In this document: piece after piece, positions 25,678 to 37,660 of the stretch
Layout of the letters: each line of letters starts with the position of its first letter
Numbering within the stretch: position 1 is the stretch's first letter
Assembly (NCBI RefSeq): GCF_044704955.1
Contig: NC_091978.1
Location: 272,366,001-272,430,000 of the forward strand
DNA length: 64,000 nucleotides
Direction: 5' to 3'
From: Pristiophorus japonicus
Taxonomy: Eukaryota
The notes under the pieces: generated by a model
Seen by the model: only the letters and a program-made list of their open reading frames with translations
Databases searched by the model: none
Told to the model about the DNA's origin: nothing
Translations under genes and position numbers: made by a program

Positions 25678-26843
25678 AAAAGATGCCACATAAAAGATTA
25701 CTGCACAAGATAAACGTTCACGGGGTTGGGGGTAATATATTAGCATGGATAGAGGATTGGCTAACTAACAAAAAACAGAGAGTCAGGATAAATGGTTCAT
25801 TCTCTGGTTGGCATCCAGTAACTCGTGAGGTGCTGCAGGGATCAGTGCTGGGACCCCAACTATTTACAATCTATAGTAATGACATGGAAGAAGGGACTGA
25901 GTGTAACGTAGCCAAGTTTGCTGATGATACAAAGATGGGAGGAAAAGCAATGTGTGAGGAGGACACAAAAAATATGCAAAAGGACATAGACAGGCTAAGT
26001 GAGTGGGCAAAAATTTGGCAGATGGAGTATAATGTTGGATAGTGTGAGGTCATGCACTTTGGCAGAAAAAAAATCAAAGAGCAAGTTATTATTTAAATGG
26101 AGAAAGATTGTAAAGTGCCGCAGTACAGCAGGACCTGGGGGCACTTGTGCATGAAACACAAAAGGATAGTATGCAGGTACAGCAAGTGATCAGGAAGGCC
26201 AATGGTATCTTGGCCTTTATTGCAAAGGGGATGGAGTATAAAAGCAGGGAAGTCTTGCTACGGCTACACAAGGTATTGGTGAGGCCACACCTGGAATGCT
26301 GCATGCAGTTTTGGTTTCCATATTTATGAAAGTATATCCTTTCTTTGGAAGCAGTTCAGAGAAGGTTCACTAGGTTGATTCCAGGGATGAGTGGTTTGAC
26401 TTATGAGGAAAGGTTGAGTAGGTTGGGCCTCGAATGCATTGGAATTCAGAAGAATGAGAGGTGATCTTATCGAAACATAAGATTATGAGAGGGCTTGACA
26501 AGGTGGATGCAGAGAGGATATTTCCACTGATGGGGGAGACTAGAACTAGAGGGCATGATCTTAGAATAAGGGGCCGCCCATTTAAAACTGAGATGAGGAG
26601 AAATTTCTTCTCTGAGGGCTGTAAATCTGAGGAATTCGCTGCCTTAGAGATCTGTGGAAGCTGGGATATTGAATAAATTTAACACAGAAATAGTCAGTTT
26701 CTTAAACGATAAGGGCTTATGGGGAGTGGGCGGGGAAGTGGAGCTGAGTCCATGATCAGATCAGCCATGATCTTATTGAATGGCGGAGCAGGCTCGAGGG
26801 GCCGTATGGCCAACTCCTGTTCCTATTTCTTATGTCCTTATGT
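25678..26843 (+). mobile_element. 5'-truncated CR1 LINE
   Basis: PHKRLL..QGSVLGP..KFADDTK..; 3' UTR with TTCTTATGT tail. Confidence 0.94.
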
Positions 26844-27038
26844 GTCTTACCATTGCACACAGGCTTTCTGGCAGGCCTGACAGTATACCAAACATTTAAT
26901 TGTGCACCACCCTTCAGCCTTCTTCTGTAGCCTGCCCCATCAAAGTGCTTATCTGAGTCCCCTGCCAAATAACTCATGTCACCTTTTGATTTCTTTCTAC
27001 TTCTATTTTGCTTTCTCTCCCCGCTGCAGCCGCACAAG

Positions 27039-27317
27039 CTGGGCCTTTTGTAGGCCTGGGACGCTGCCGCTCCGCCTCTCCACGCACCTCCCACTGGGCC
27101 TCCCCGACTAACACTGGCCTTTTGTAGGCCTGGGACGCTGCCGCTCTGCCTCTCGGCCTCTCGACCTCCCGCTGGGCCTCCCCGACTCATGCTGGACTTT
27201 TGTAGGCCTGGGACGCTGCCGCTCTGCCTCTCGGCCTCTCGAACTCCCGCTGGGCCTCCCCGACTCATGCTGGACTTTTGTAGGACTGGGACGCTGCCGC
27301 TCCGCCTCTCGGCCTCC
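27039..27317 (-). repeat. GC-rich tandem repeat, ~74-78 bp unit, ~3.6 copies
   Basis: TTTTGTAGGCCTGGGACGCTGCCGCT recurs at ~27046, 27120, 27198 and 27276 (last copy has one substitution). Confidence 0.92.
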
Positions 27318-28190
27318 CTGACGACTACATCTGCAGGAAGTGTATCCGCCTCCAGCTCCTGACAGACCGCGTTGCAGAATTGGAGCTGAAGGTGAATTCA
27401 CTCTGGAGCATCCACGATGATTAGCATGTGTAGCGAGTTGGTCTTACCGCAGGTAAAGGGTCCACAGCTAGATAGGGAATGGAAGACCAACAGGAAGAGC
27501 AGTGCAAGGAAGGTAGTGCAGGGGTCCCCTGCGGGCATCCCCTTGCAAAACAGATACACCGCTTTGAGTACTGTTGAGGGGGATGATGCATCAGGGGAGG
27601 GCAGCAGCAGCCAAGTTCATGGCACCATGGCTGGCTCTGCTGCACAGGAGGGCAGGAAAAAGAGTGGGAGAGCGCTAGTGATAGGGGATTCAATTGTAAG
27701 GGGAATAGATAGGCGTTTCTGCGGCCGCAACCGAGACTCCAGGATGGTATGTTGCCTCCCTGGTGCAAGGGTCAAGGATGTCTCGGAGCGGGAGCACGAC
27801 ATTCTGAAAAGGGAGGGTGAACAGCCAGTTGTCGTGGTGCACATTGGTACCAACGATATAGGTGAAAAATGGGATCAAGTCCTACGAGACGAGTTTAAGG
27901 AGCTAGCAGCTAAAGTAAAAAGTAGGACCTCAAAAGTAGTAATCTCAGGATTGCTACCAGTGCCACGTGCTAGTCAGAGTACGAATCGCAGGATAGCTCA
28001 GATGAACACGTGGCTTGAGCAGTGGTGCAGCAGGGAGGGATTCAAATTCCTGGGGCATTGGAACCGGTTCTGGGGGAGGTGAGACCAGTACAAACCGGAT
28101 GGTCTGCACCTAGACAGGACCGGAACCAATGTTTGCTAGTGCTGTTGGGGAGGAGTGTTCGCTAGTGCTATTGTGGAGGAGTTAAACTAA
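27318..28190 (+). pseudogene. CR1 ORF1p with SGNH/GDSL esterase-like domain
   Basis: LQNRYTAL, VIGDSIVRG, CCLPGARVKD, VVVHIGTND, then DGLHL after an in-frame stop. Confidence 0.9.
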
Positions 28191-28558
28191 TATGGCAGGG
28201 GAATGGGAACCAATGCAGGAAGACAGAGGGAAACAAAATGGAGACAGAAACAAAATACAGAAAGGAGATGAGTAAAAGTGGAGGGCAGAGAAACCCAAGG
28301 CAAAAAACAAAAAGGGCCACTTTGCGGCAAAAAACAAAAAGGGCCACTTTGCAGCAAAATTCTAAAGGGTCAAAGTGTGTTAAAAAGGCAAGCCTGAAGG
28401 CTCTGTGCCTCAAAGCGAGGAGTATTCGGAATAAGCTGGACGAATTAACTGTGCAGATAGCAGTTAACGGATACGATGTGGTTGGCATCACGGAGACATG
28501 ACTCCAGGGTGACCAAGGCTGGGAACTCAACATCCAAGGGTATTCAACATTTAGGAAG

Positions 28559-28792
28559 TGTCATGTATTCAACCAGCATTGTAACCCATGTATAAACTGA
28601 CCTAAGTTGTACACCGTGAGAACACTGACCACTAGGTGGGAGACACTCCTAACCTGAACCTTCAGGTATAAAAGGGGAAGCTCCACCCACCTTCATCACT
28701 TGAGTGCTAAGGAATAAAGGACAGGTCACAGACTGACCTTCTCTCAAGCATGGGCCTCGTGTGCATTTAAACTGTGTTGTAAGGACGTATCA
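28559..28792 (+). mobile_element. Solo LTR (234 bp) inserted in the CR1 endonuclease region
   Basis: TG..CA ends, TATAAAA and AATAAA; interrupts AGGAAG|GATAGACAG, which is contiguous in the CR1 copy at ~4296; TSD degenerate (GGAAG/AAAAG). Confidence 0.85.
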
Positions 28793-31700
28793 AAAAGGAT
28801 AGACAGAAATGAAAAGGAGGCGGGTGGCGTTGCTGGTTAAAGAGGAAATTAATGCAATTGTAAGGAAAGACATTAGCTTGGATGATGTGGAATCGGTATG
28901 GTGGAGCTACGGAATACCAAAAGGCAGAAAACACTAGTGGGAGTTGTGTACAGACCTCCAAACAGTAGTAGTGATGTTGGGGAGAGCATCAAACCGGAAA
29001 TTAGGGGTGCATGCAATAAAGGTGCAGCAGTTATCATGGGTGACTTTAATATGCTTATAGATTGGGCTAACCAAACTGGAAACAATACGGTGAAGGAGGA
29101 TTTCCTGGAGTGCAAAAGGGGTGGTTTTCTCAACCAATATGTTGAGGAACTAACTAGGGGGGAGGCCATCGTAGACTGGGTGTTGTGGAATGAGAGGGGA
29201 TTAATTAGCTATCTCGTTGTGCGAGGCCCCTTGGGGAAGAGTGACCATAATATGGTGGAATTCTACTTTAGGATGAGGATCGAACTGGTTAATTCAGAGA
29301 CCATGGTCCAGAACTTAAAGAAGGGTAACTTTGAAGGTATGAGGCATGAATTGGCTAGGATAGATTGGCGAATTATACTTAAGGGCTTGACTGTGGATGG
29401 GCAATGGCAGACATTTAGAGACCGCATGGATGAACTACAACAATTGTACATCCCTGTCTGGCGTAAAAATAAAAAAGGGAAGGTGGCTCAACCGTGGCTA
29501 TCAAGGGAAATCAGGGATAGTATTAAAGCCAAGGAAGTGGCATACAAATTGGCCAGAAATAGTAGCGAACCCGGAGACTGGGAGAAATTTAGAACTCATC
29601 AGAGGAGGACAAAGGGTTTGATTAGGACAGGGAAAATAGAGTACGAGAGGAAGCTTACAGGGAACATTAAAATGGACTGCAAAAGCTTCTATAGATATGT
29701 AAAGAGAAAAAGGTTAGTAAAGACAAACGTAGGTCCCTTGCAGTCAGAATCAGGGGAAGTCATAATGGGGAACAAAGAAATGGCAGACCAATTGAACAAG
29801 TACTTTGGTTCGGTATTCACTAAGGAGGACACAAACAACCTTCTGGATATAAAAGGGGTCAGATGGTCTAGTAAGAAGGAGGAACTGAGGGAAATCCTTA
29901 TTAGTCGGGAAATTGAGTTGGGGAAATTGATGGGATTGAAGGCCGATAAATCTCCAGGGCCTGATGGACTGCATCCCAGAGTACTTAAGTTGGTGGCCTT
30001 GGAAATAACGGATGTATTGACAGTCATTTTCCAACATTCCATAGACTCTGGATCAGTTCCTATCGAGTGGAGGGTAGCCAATGTAACTCCACTATTTAAA
30101 AAAGGAGAGAGAAAACAGGGAATTATAGACCGGTCAGCCTGACATCGGTAGTGGGTAAAATAATGGAATCAATTATTAAGGATGTCATAGCAGCGCATTT
30201 GGAAAGAGGCGACATGATAGGTCCAAGTCAGCATAGATTTGTGAAAGGGAAATCTTCTGGAATTTTTTGAGGATGTTTCCAGTTGAGTGGACAAGGGGGA
30301 ACCAGCTGATGTGGTGTATTTGGACTTTCAGAAGGCTTTCGACAAGGTCCCACACAAGAGATTAATGTGCAAAGTTAAAGCACATGGGATTGGGGGTAGT
30401 GTGCTGACATGAATTGAGAACTGGTTGGCAGACAGGAAGCAAAGAGTAGGAGTAAATGGGTACTTTTCAGAATGGCAGGCAGTGACTAGTTGGGTACTGC
30501 AAGGTTCTGTGCTGGGGCCCCAGCTGTTTATATTGTACATTAATGATTTAGACGAGGGGATTAAAAGTAGTATCTCCAAGTTTGCGGATGACACTAAGTT
30601 GGGTGGCAGTGTGAGCTGCGAGGAGGATGCTATGAGGCTGCAGAGTGACTTGGCTAGGTTAGGTGAGTGGACAAATGCATGGCAGATGAAGTATAATGTG
30701 GATAAGTGTGAGGTTATCCACTTTGGTTGTAAAAACAGAGAGACAGACTATTATCTGAATGGTGACAGATTAGGAAAAGGGGAGGTGCAACAAGACCTGG
30801 GTGTCATGGTACATCAGTCAGTGAAGGTTGGCATACAGGTACTGCAGGCGGTTAAGAAATCAAATGGCATGTTGGCCTTCATAGCGAGGGGATTTGAGTA
30901 CAGGGGCAGGGAGGTGTTACTACAGTTGTACAGGGCCTTGGTGAGGCCACACCTGGAGTATTGTGTACAGTTTTGGTCTCCTAACTTGAGGAAGGACATT
31001 CTTGCTATTGAGGGAGTGCAGCGAAGGTTCACCAGACTGATTCCCAGGATGGCGGGACTGACATATCAAGAAAGACTGGATCAACTGGGATTGTATTCAC
31101 TGGAGTTCAGAAGAATGAGAGGGGATCTCATAGAAACGTTTAAAATTCTGACAGGTTAGATGCAGGAAGAATGTTCCCAATGTTGGGGAAGTCCAGAACC
31201 AGGGGTCACAGTCTAAGGATAAGGGGTAAGCCATTTAGGACCGAGATGAGGAGAAACTTCTTCACCCAGTGAGTGGTGAACCTGTGGAATTTTCTACCAC
31301 AGAAAGTTGTTGAGGCCAATTCACTAAATATATTAAAAAAGGAGTTCGATGTAGTCCTTACTACTAGGGGGATCAAGGGGTATGGCGAGAAAGCAGGAAT
31401 GGGGTACTGAAGTTGCATGTTCAGCCATGAACTCATAGAATGGCGGTGCAGGCCCGACGGGCCGAATGGCCTACTCCTGCACCTATTTTCTAAGTTTCTA
31501 TGTGACCTCGCCTTCTGGGGAGCTGGCACCTGCGCTACCCATGACCCCAGCCTTGGCTGCCAGCCACTCATGTTCAGCCAGCCTCTAAGCTGTCCTCAGT
31601 GTCAGTATCTGAACTGATGGCTACAAGTGTGAAGTGAGTGAGTATTTCTCCTTCATCACTGTCTTCCTGCTCTTCCACTTCTTGCTCCTCCAACACTGCC

Positions 31701-33034
31701 TGGACAGGTTTCGGTTCCTCGGTATCTGCAGGAGAAAGGCAAAATGGTAGGGTTGCGATGGGGGGTCGGGGGGGGGGGGGGGAAGGGGGGAAGCCAAGAG
31801 GTGCATGCTTGCACCATCTGCTGTTTGTAAATCAGAAGATATTGTGGGATGGGGGAAGTCGGATATGAGAAGGAGGATTAGGTTTGAAGATACCTTCATC
31901 ACCGATGGTTTCAGCCCGCCACTGGCCAGGGCCTCATCAATGGCTGCTCGAATGATGGTGACCACCATCTCCTCTATCAGGGTAAAGACATGTAGCTGTA
32001 ACTGTTCCCCGCCAGTTAACTTCTGCTACCTCCTGTTTTGCGCCAACTTGTCGTGCAAGAGATATGATGGTGAGTGTGGTGCAATCTGATTGGGTTATGT
32101 GGCTGTCATTGTTGACAGCTGGCAGTGTGTGTGAGATGTGGATGTGCGGCTTACAGCAGTGATAAGTGTGTGAGGGTGATGTGAAGCTATGAATGTGAGG
32201 TATGAGTCGTGATTGATCGAGATTGTTGGCAGATAAGTGATTGGGGGTGTGGTGCATTGAGCAGTGTGACGCTAGTGCTGCAGTTGGTGGGATATGGCAT
32301 TTGAAGATGAATTCACTGACCTTGACCATTCGTGTGTGATCATTGAACTTCTTGTGGCACTGCATCCATGTCCTCAGGGCTTGACGTCCAGCATTGACCG
32401 CCATGGCTATCTGCTCCCACTGCCTTCGCACAAGTTGTCTGGAAGGCCTCCTGTGGATAGAGTACCACTCTCCTCTTCTCCACATCCTCCACCAAGGTAT
32501 CCAGTGCAGCGTCAAAGAATCTTGGAGCATGCTCTCTCTCCCCTGTTGTGCCATAATTTAGCCTTCTTCCTGCTCAGACTCTTCCACAAACAGCTCCAGC
32601 ACCAGATCCAGCCAGAATACACCTCCCTTTTAAGAGGTGCAGGCTGGCTTTAAGTGGTACTAGCCTTGCACAAACTTAAGCCCCCTGCTGAGTCATGTAG
32701 CTACTCAGCAGCATATTTTATCCTGGCTACAGGCAGCATGAAGTTGCCTTGCTGCCGGCATTGGAAGGAACGAGCGTGGGTTAGTATTGCATTGTGATCC
32801 CCTCACCCAGTTTCGGGGGCTATCTAATTTAGCCCCCAGACATCCAGCAAAAATCCAACAACCATACAAGTTTAGTATTTACATTGTGGTTAATGTGTTA
32901 TGGCTTCTGTTCACTTGTCCATTGTTTAATAAATCTTGGCAAATTTTAGCTCAAGCCATGGGTTGGTAATGTATTTATTCTACTGCCCTCTGATGTCAAC
33001 GAAGATCACGGGAGAGCATGTAATAAGGACATAA

Positions 33035-33795
33035 GAGACTTTGACCCCTGGTTCTCGACTCCCCAGCTCGTAGAAACATCCTCCCTACATCTTCCCTGTC
33101 AAGCTCTGTAAGAATTTTGTATGTTTCAATGAGAATATAGGCCGAGTCTACTCATTCTCTCCTCATAGGACAATCCTCCCATCATAAAAACCAGTCTAGT
33201 GAACCGTCATTGCACTCCCTCTATGGCAAGTATATCCTTCCTTAGGTAAGGAGACCAAAGCTGTAGATAATACTCCAGGTGTGATCTCACCAGGGCCCTA
33301 AATAATTGCAGCAAGACATCTTATAAGAGCATAAGAAATAGGAGCTGGAGTAGGCCATTTGGCCTTTCACACTTGCTCTGCCATTCAACAAGAACATGGC
33401 TGATCTTCTACCTCAACTCCACCTTCCCACAATATCTCCATATCCCTTAATTCCCTTTGTTCCCAAAAATGTATCAACCTCTGTCTTGAATATACTCAAC
33501 GGTGAGCATCCACAGCTCTCTGGGGCAGAATATTCCAAAGATTCACAACCCTTTGAGTGAAGAAATTTTTCCTCCATCAGTCCTAAATGGACGACCTTTT
33601 ATTTTGAGACTGTGACCCTGTGTTCTAAATTCCCCAGTCAGAGGAAACATCTTCTCAGCATTAACCCTGTCATGCCCCTTAAGAATGTTATACGTTTCAA
33701 TTAGATCACCTCTCATTCTTCTAAACTCTAGGGAATATAGGCCTAGTCTACTCAATCTCCCCTCATAGGGCAATCCCCTCATCCCAGGAACCAGT
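33035..33795 (-). mobile_element. Two adjacent or nested CR1 3' fragments
   Basis: ORF 33543-33836 (PGMRGLPYEGRL..LEFRRMRGDLIE); reverse-complement tail at ~33322-33340; further CR1 sequence at 33035-33320. Confidence 0.88.
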
Positions 33796-34811
33796 AAGCT
33801 AAAATAGAATGAAGAGGATTCTTTGTTCACCAACACAGGTCAGAGAGAGTGAGGGCAAGGGACTGGGTTGATGTCCTGAACCTGAGAAAAAAATGTAAGG
33901 ACCCAAAGCCTAACCATGACATGTAGGGACAAATGTATTAATTCTGATTTATGATGATGTCCAACTGACTATAAAGTTTAAAATACATTCCTTACATGAT
34001 TTAAAGTCATATAATATTTGCTTGATGCATTAGGTCTTGGGAGAGCTAACAAAAAGGCTTACATGTAAACTGCTATTTCAAAGAGCTGGATATTACATGA
34101 GGTATTTTATCATTCTGTATCACTAACTCAACAATCTGTGAGCATCTGCATTAATTTGGTTCATTACTGAAAGGCAGTTACAGGAAAAAAAGCAGCAGCA
34201 CCAGCAGAGGGCTAAAAAACAACTCCTTTAAATATAAAAATACCTGCACAGGTAGATGAGGATTAAATACAGGAAGCCAATCTTAAAGATCAGATGATTA
34301 ACAAAGTGCTTCAGCTTTGCTCTTATACTTTATGACATTTTCTGAATCCTCATGATTGAATTACTACTTTGTAATTCACTCCCATTCAGTAGCCTTCATG
34401 TGCTTATTCAACAATAATATTATTCTTAAGTTGAGACAAGTCGGCTTTTTTCTGGTTCTGTAATATAAAGTTCCATTGTTCACATGCATAATCCACAATC
34501 TTAACTACTAAATGCCAACCTTTGTCCTTCCATGAACTATCCTCAGTAGCAGGAAATCAACTCACCTGCATCATTAATCCTTTTTCCTTCTTGTGCACGG
34601 TTTGCAACATTCAAATGCTTTGTTTATATCAGAGGAAGGTACAACTAGTTTGTTAGGTTAGCGGCGGTGCCTATTCAGTGACAAGAGAGTAATGGTGCAA
34701 TGGAGTAAGACTGGAAACTAGCTCATGTAGTTCATATTTTCTAAAATGGGGACAAATCTAAGCCAGAGAACTACAGGCCTAGCAGCCTAGCATCCATTAT
34801 TGGGATGTCTG

Positions 34812-34859
34812 GAGTGGAAGCAAGTCTTCCTCGATTCCAAGGGACTGCCTATGATGATG
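34812..34859 (+). mobile_element. Extreme 3' end of an RTE LINE (~48 bp)
   Basis: GAGTGGAAGCAAGTCTTCCTCGATTCCAAGGGACTGCCTATGATGATG is the reverse complement of the RTE ends at 24440 and 57091. Confidence 0.8.
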
Positions 34860-35203
34860 GGTAAGAGATGCCCTTTATGATCACTGGAAAAGGGAAGGGG
34901 CCATCAGAAATTTTTAACATGGATTCTGGAAAGATTTGCTCTGCAAATTTGATAATAGTTTTTTTTAGGAAGTCACTAGGTTAGTGGATAAAGAAAATCA
35001 AGACGACATTATCTACCTGAACTTTCAGAAAGCCTTTGATAATATATCTCACACTAGGTTACTTCACAAGATAGTTTCTTATCAGTAGGATTTTGAAACA
35101 CTGGATTAGGAATTGGCTCCAATCCTGTAGCCAAAGGTTTGTAGTTAATAGATGTGGTTCAGCCTGGAGGCATGTTATTATTGGTGTCCTCCAGGAATCA
35201 GTC

Positions 35204-35512
35204 AGCCTCCACAGTTCTGGGGCAGAGAATTCCACAGGTTTACAACCCACTGAGAGAAGAAATGCCTCCTTGTCTCAGTTTTAAATGGGCGGCCCCTTAT
35301 TCTGAAACTATGCCCCCTTGTTCTAGATTCCTCCACGAGGGGAAACATCCTCTCTGCATCTACCTTGTTGAGCCCCCTCAGTATCTTATATGTTTCAATA
35401 AGATCACCTCTCATTCTTCTAAACTCCAATGAGTACAGGCCCTACCTACTCGGCCTTTCCTCATAAGTCAACCCCTTCTTCTCAGGAATCAATCTCGTGA
35501 ACCTTCTCTAAA
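35204..35512 (-). mobile_element. Internal, tail-less CR1 fragment flanked by a 13-bp direct repeat
   Basis: CCAGGAATCAGTC at 35191-35203 and 35513-35525; ORF 35202-35429. Confidence 0.9.
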
Positions 35513-35809
35513 CCAGGAATCAGTCCTGGAGGACAACAATAACAGGTGAGCAATCAATTGCAAAAAGATTTAAATGTGCTAGGGGAGTGGGCCACACTGT
35601 GGGCAAATGGTATTTAATTAAGATAAACGTAGTGTCATGCATGTTGGTTGAGCCAACACAGAATACACACATCATTTGCAGGGAACAACACAGAAATTGA
35701 AGAAAAAAATGTTATTGTGCACAAATCACTGAAGGTTGAAGACCAATGCAGAGAAACTGTAGCTAAGCCTAACAGGGTATTGGGTTGTATTGTTGGGCAA
35801 TGGCATCGG

Positions 35810-37660
35810 GAAGTTTTAGTCATGAAGCAAAAAATATAAAAACAGAGTAAAAGTTTCTACAGGTGTATAAAAAGGAAGAGAGTAGCTAAAATAAATGTTG
35901 GTCCCTTAGAGGATGAAGACTGGGAAATTAATAATGGGGAACAGGACTTTGAACAAACATTTTGTAGCGGTTTTCAAGGTAGAAGACACTAAACACATCC
36001 CAATAATGGATAATCAAGGGGCTATTGGGAGGGGGGATCTTAAAACAATCACTATCACTAAAGAAAAAGTACTCGGTAAAATAATGGGACTAAAGGTGGA
36101 CAAGTCCCCTGGACCTGATGGCATGCATCCTAGGATTTTAAAAGAAGTGGCTGCAAAGATAGTGGATGCATTAGTTGTAATCTACCAAAATTCCCTGGAT
36201 TCTGGGGACGTCTCAGTGGATTGGAAAACCGCAAATGTAACGCCCTATTTAAAAAAGGAGTTAGACAGAAAGCAGGAAACTATAGACCAGTTAGCCTAAC
36301 ATCTATCATTGGGAAAATGCTGGAGTCCATTATTAAGGAAGCAGTAGCAAGACATTTGGAAAAGCATAATAGTCAAGCAGAGTCAGCATGATTTTATGAA
36401 AGGGAAATCATGTTTGACAAATTTGCTGGAGCTCTTGGAGGATGTAACGAGCAGGGTGGATAAAGGGGAACCAGTGGATGTGGTGTATTTGGATTTCCAG
36501 AAGGTATTCGATGAGGTGTCACATAAAAGATTACTATACAAGATAAAAGTTCATGGGGTTGGGGGTAATATATTAGCATGGATAGCGGATTGGCTAACCA
36601 ACAGAAAACAAAGTCAGGATAAATGGATAATTTTCCGGTTGGCAAACAGTAATTAGTGAGGTGTCACAGGGATCAGTGCTGAGGCCTCAACTATTTACAA
36701 TTTATATTAATGACTTGGATGAAGGGACCGAGTGTAATGTAGCCAAGTTTGCTGATGATACAAAGGTGGGTGGGAAAGCAAGTTGTGAGGACATAACAAA
36801 TCTGCAAAGGGATATAGACAGGCTAAGTGAGTGGGCAAAAATTTGGCAGATGGAGCATAATGTAGGGGAAAGTGTGAGGTTATCCACTTTGGCAGGAAAA
36901 ATAAAAAAGCAAATTATTTAAATAGAGTGAAATTACAAAATGCAGCAATACAGAGGGACCTAGGGGTCCTTGTGCATGAAACACAAAAGGTTAGTATGCA
37001 GGAACAGCAAGTAATCAGGAAGGCAAATGGAATTTTGGCCTTTATTGCAAAGGGGATGGAGTATAAAAGCTGAGAAGTCCTGCTACAACTGTACAGGGTA
37101 TTGGTGAGGCCACACCTAGAGTAATGTGTACAGTTTTGGTCTCCTTATTTAAGGAGGGATATACTTGCATTGGAGACAGTTCAGAGAAGGTTCACGAGGT
37201 TGATTCTTGAGAAGAAGGGGTTGACTTATGAGGAAAGGTCAAGTAGGTAGGGTCTATACTCATTGGAGTTCAGAAGAATGAGAGGTGATCTTATTGAAAC
37301 ATAAGATACTGAGGGGGCTCGACAAGGTAGATGCAGAGAGGATGTTTCCCCTCGTGGGAGAATCTAGAACTAGGGGGCATAGTTTCAGAATAAGGGGCCG
37401 CCCATTTAAAACTGAGACAAGGAGGAATTTCTTCTCTCAGTGGGTTGTAAATCTGTGGAATGCTCTGCCCCAGAGAGCTGTGGAGCTAGGTCATTGAATA
37501 TATTTAAAATGGAGATAGACAGATTTTTGAGTGATAAGAGAATGAAGGGGTAAGGGAAGTGGAGCTGAGTCCAAGATCAGATCAGCCATGATCTTATTGA
37601 ATGGCGGGGTAGGCTCGAGGGGTCAAATGGCCTACTCCTGCTCCAATTTTATATGTTCTA
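35810..37660 (+). mobile_element. 5'-truncated CR1 LINE (RT domain to 3' UTR)
   Basis: KSPGPDGMHPRIL, KGKSCLTNL, YLDFQKVFD, KFADDTK; 3' UTR present. Confidence 0.94.

Larger units (their letters stand above)
26976..31503 (+). mobile_element. Near-full-length CR1 LINE (ORF1 and ORF2) with a probable inverted 5' segment
   Basis: ORF1 zinc-finger/leucine-zipper region DDYICRKC..VAELE and esterase; ORF2 pieces 28898-30142 and 30425-31159; TTTCTAAGTTTCTATGT tail; candidate TSD ATGTCACCT / ATGTGACCT. Confidence 0.95.
23304..32837. mobile_element. Harbinger transposon (transposase +, Myb/SANT -) expanded by nested RTE, two CR1s and a solo LTR
   Basis: Transposase pieces 23818-24439 (YLNLSKE..EICQLLQPQL..LKVTVAMNFYASGSFQ) and 25017-25470 (VNARYPGSH..LLGHEGYP..VVACCMLHNLAI); Myb ORF 31937-32554 (WEQIAMAVNA..TWMQCHKKFND); GGGC-type termini at 23304 and 32837 are only loosely similar. 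Confidence 0.75.

Noticed and set aside
27039-27317. Regularly spaced repeats that could suggest a CRISPR array
   Set aside because: The intervening sequences are near-identical rather than unique spacers, there are no cas genes, and the context is a vertebrate LINE; this is a tandem repeat.
26756-27401. Repetitive-peptide ORFs (SRGGPAG..EAERQ)
   Set aside because: These are translation artefacts of the 78-bp (multiple of three) GC-rich tandem repeat.
28130-28352. Small tandem duplications (26-27 bp) in CR1 ORF1 and the ORF1-ORF2 spacer
   Set aside because: Most likely ordinary slippage duplications, with no sign of function.
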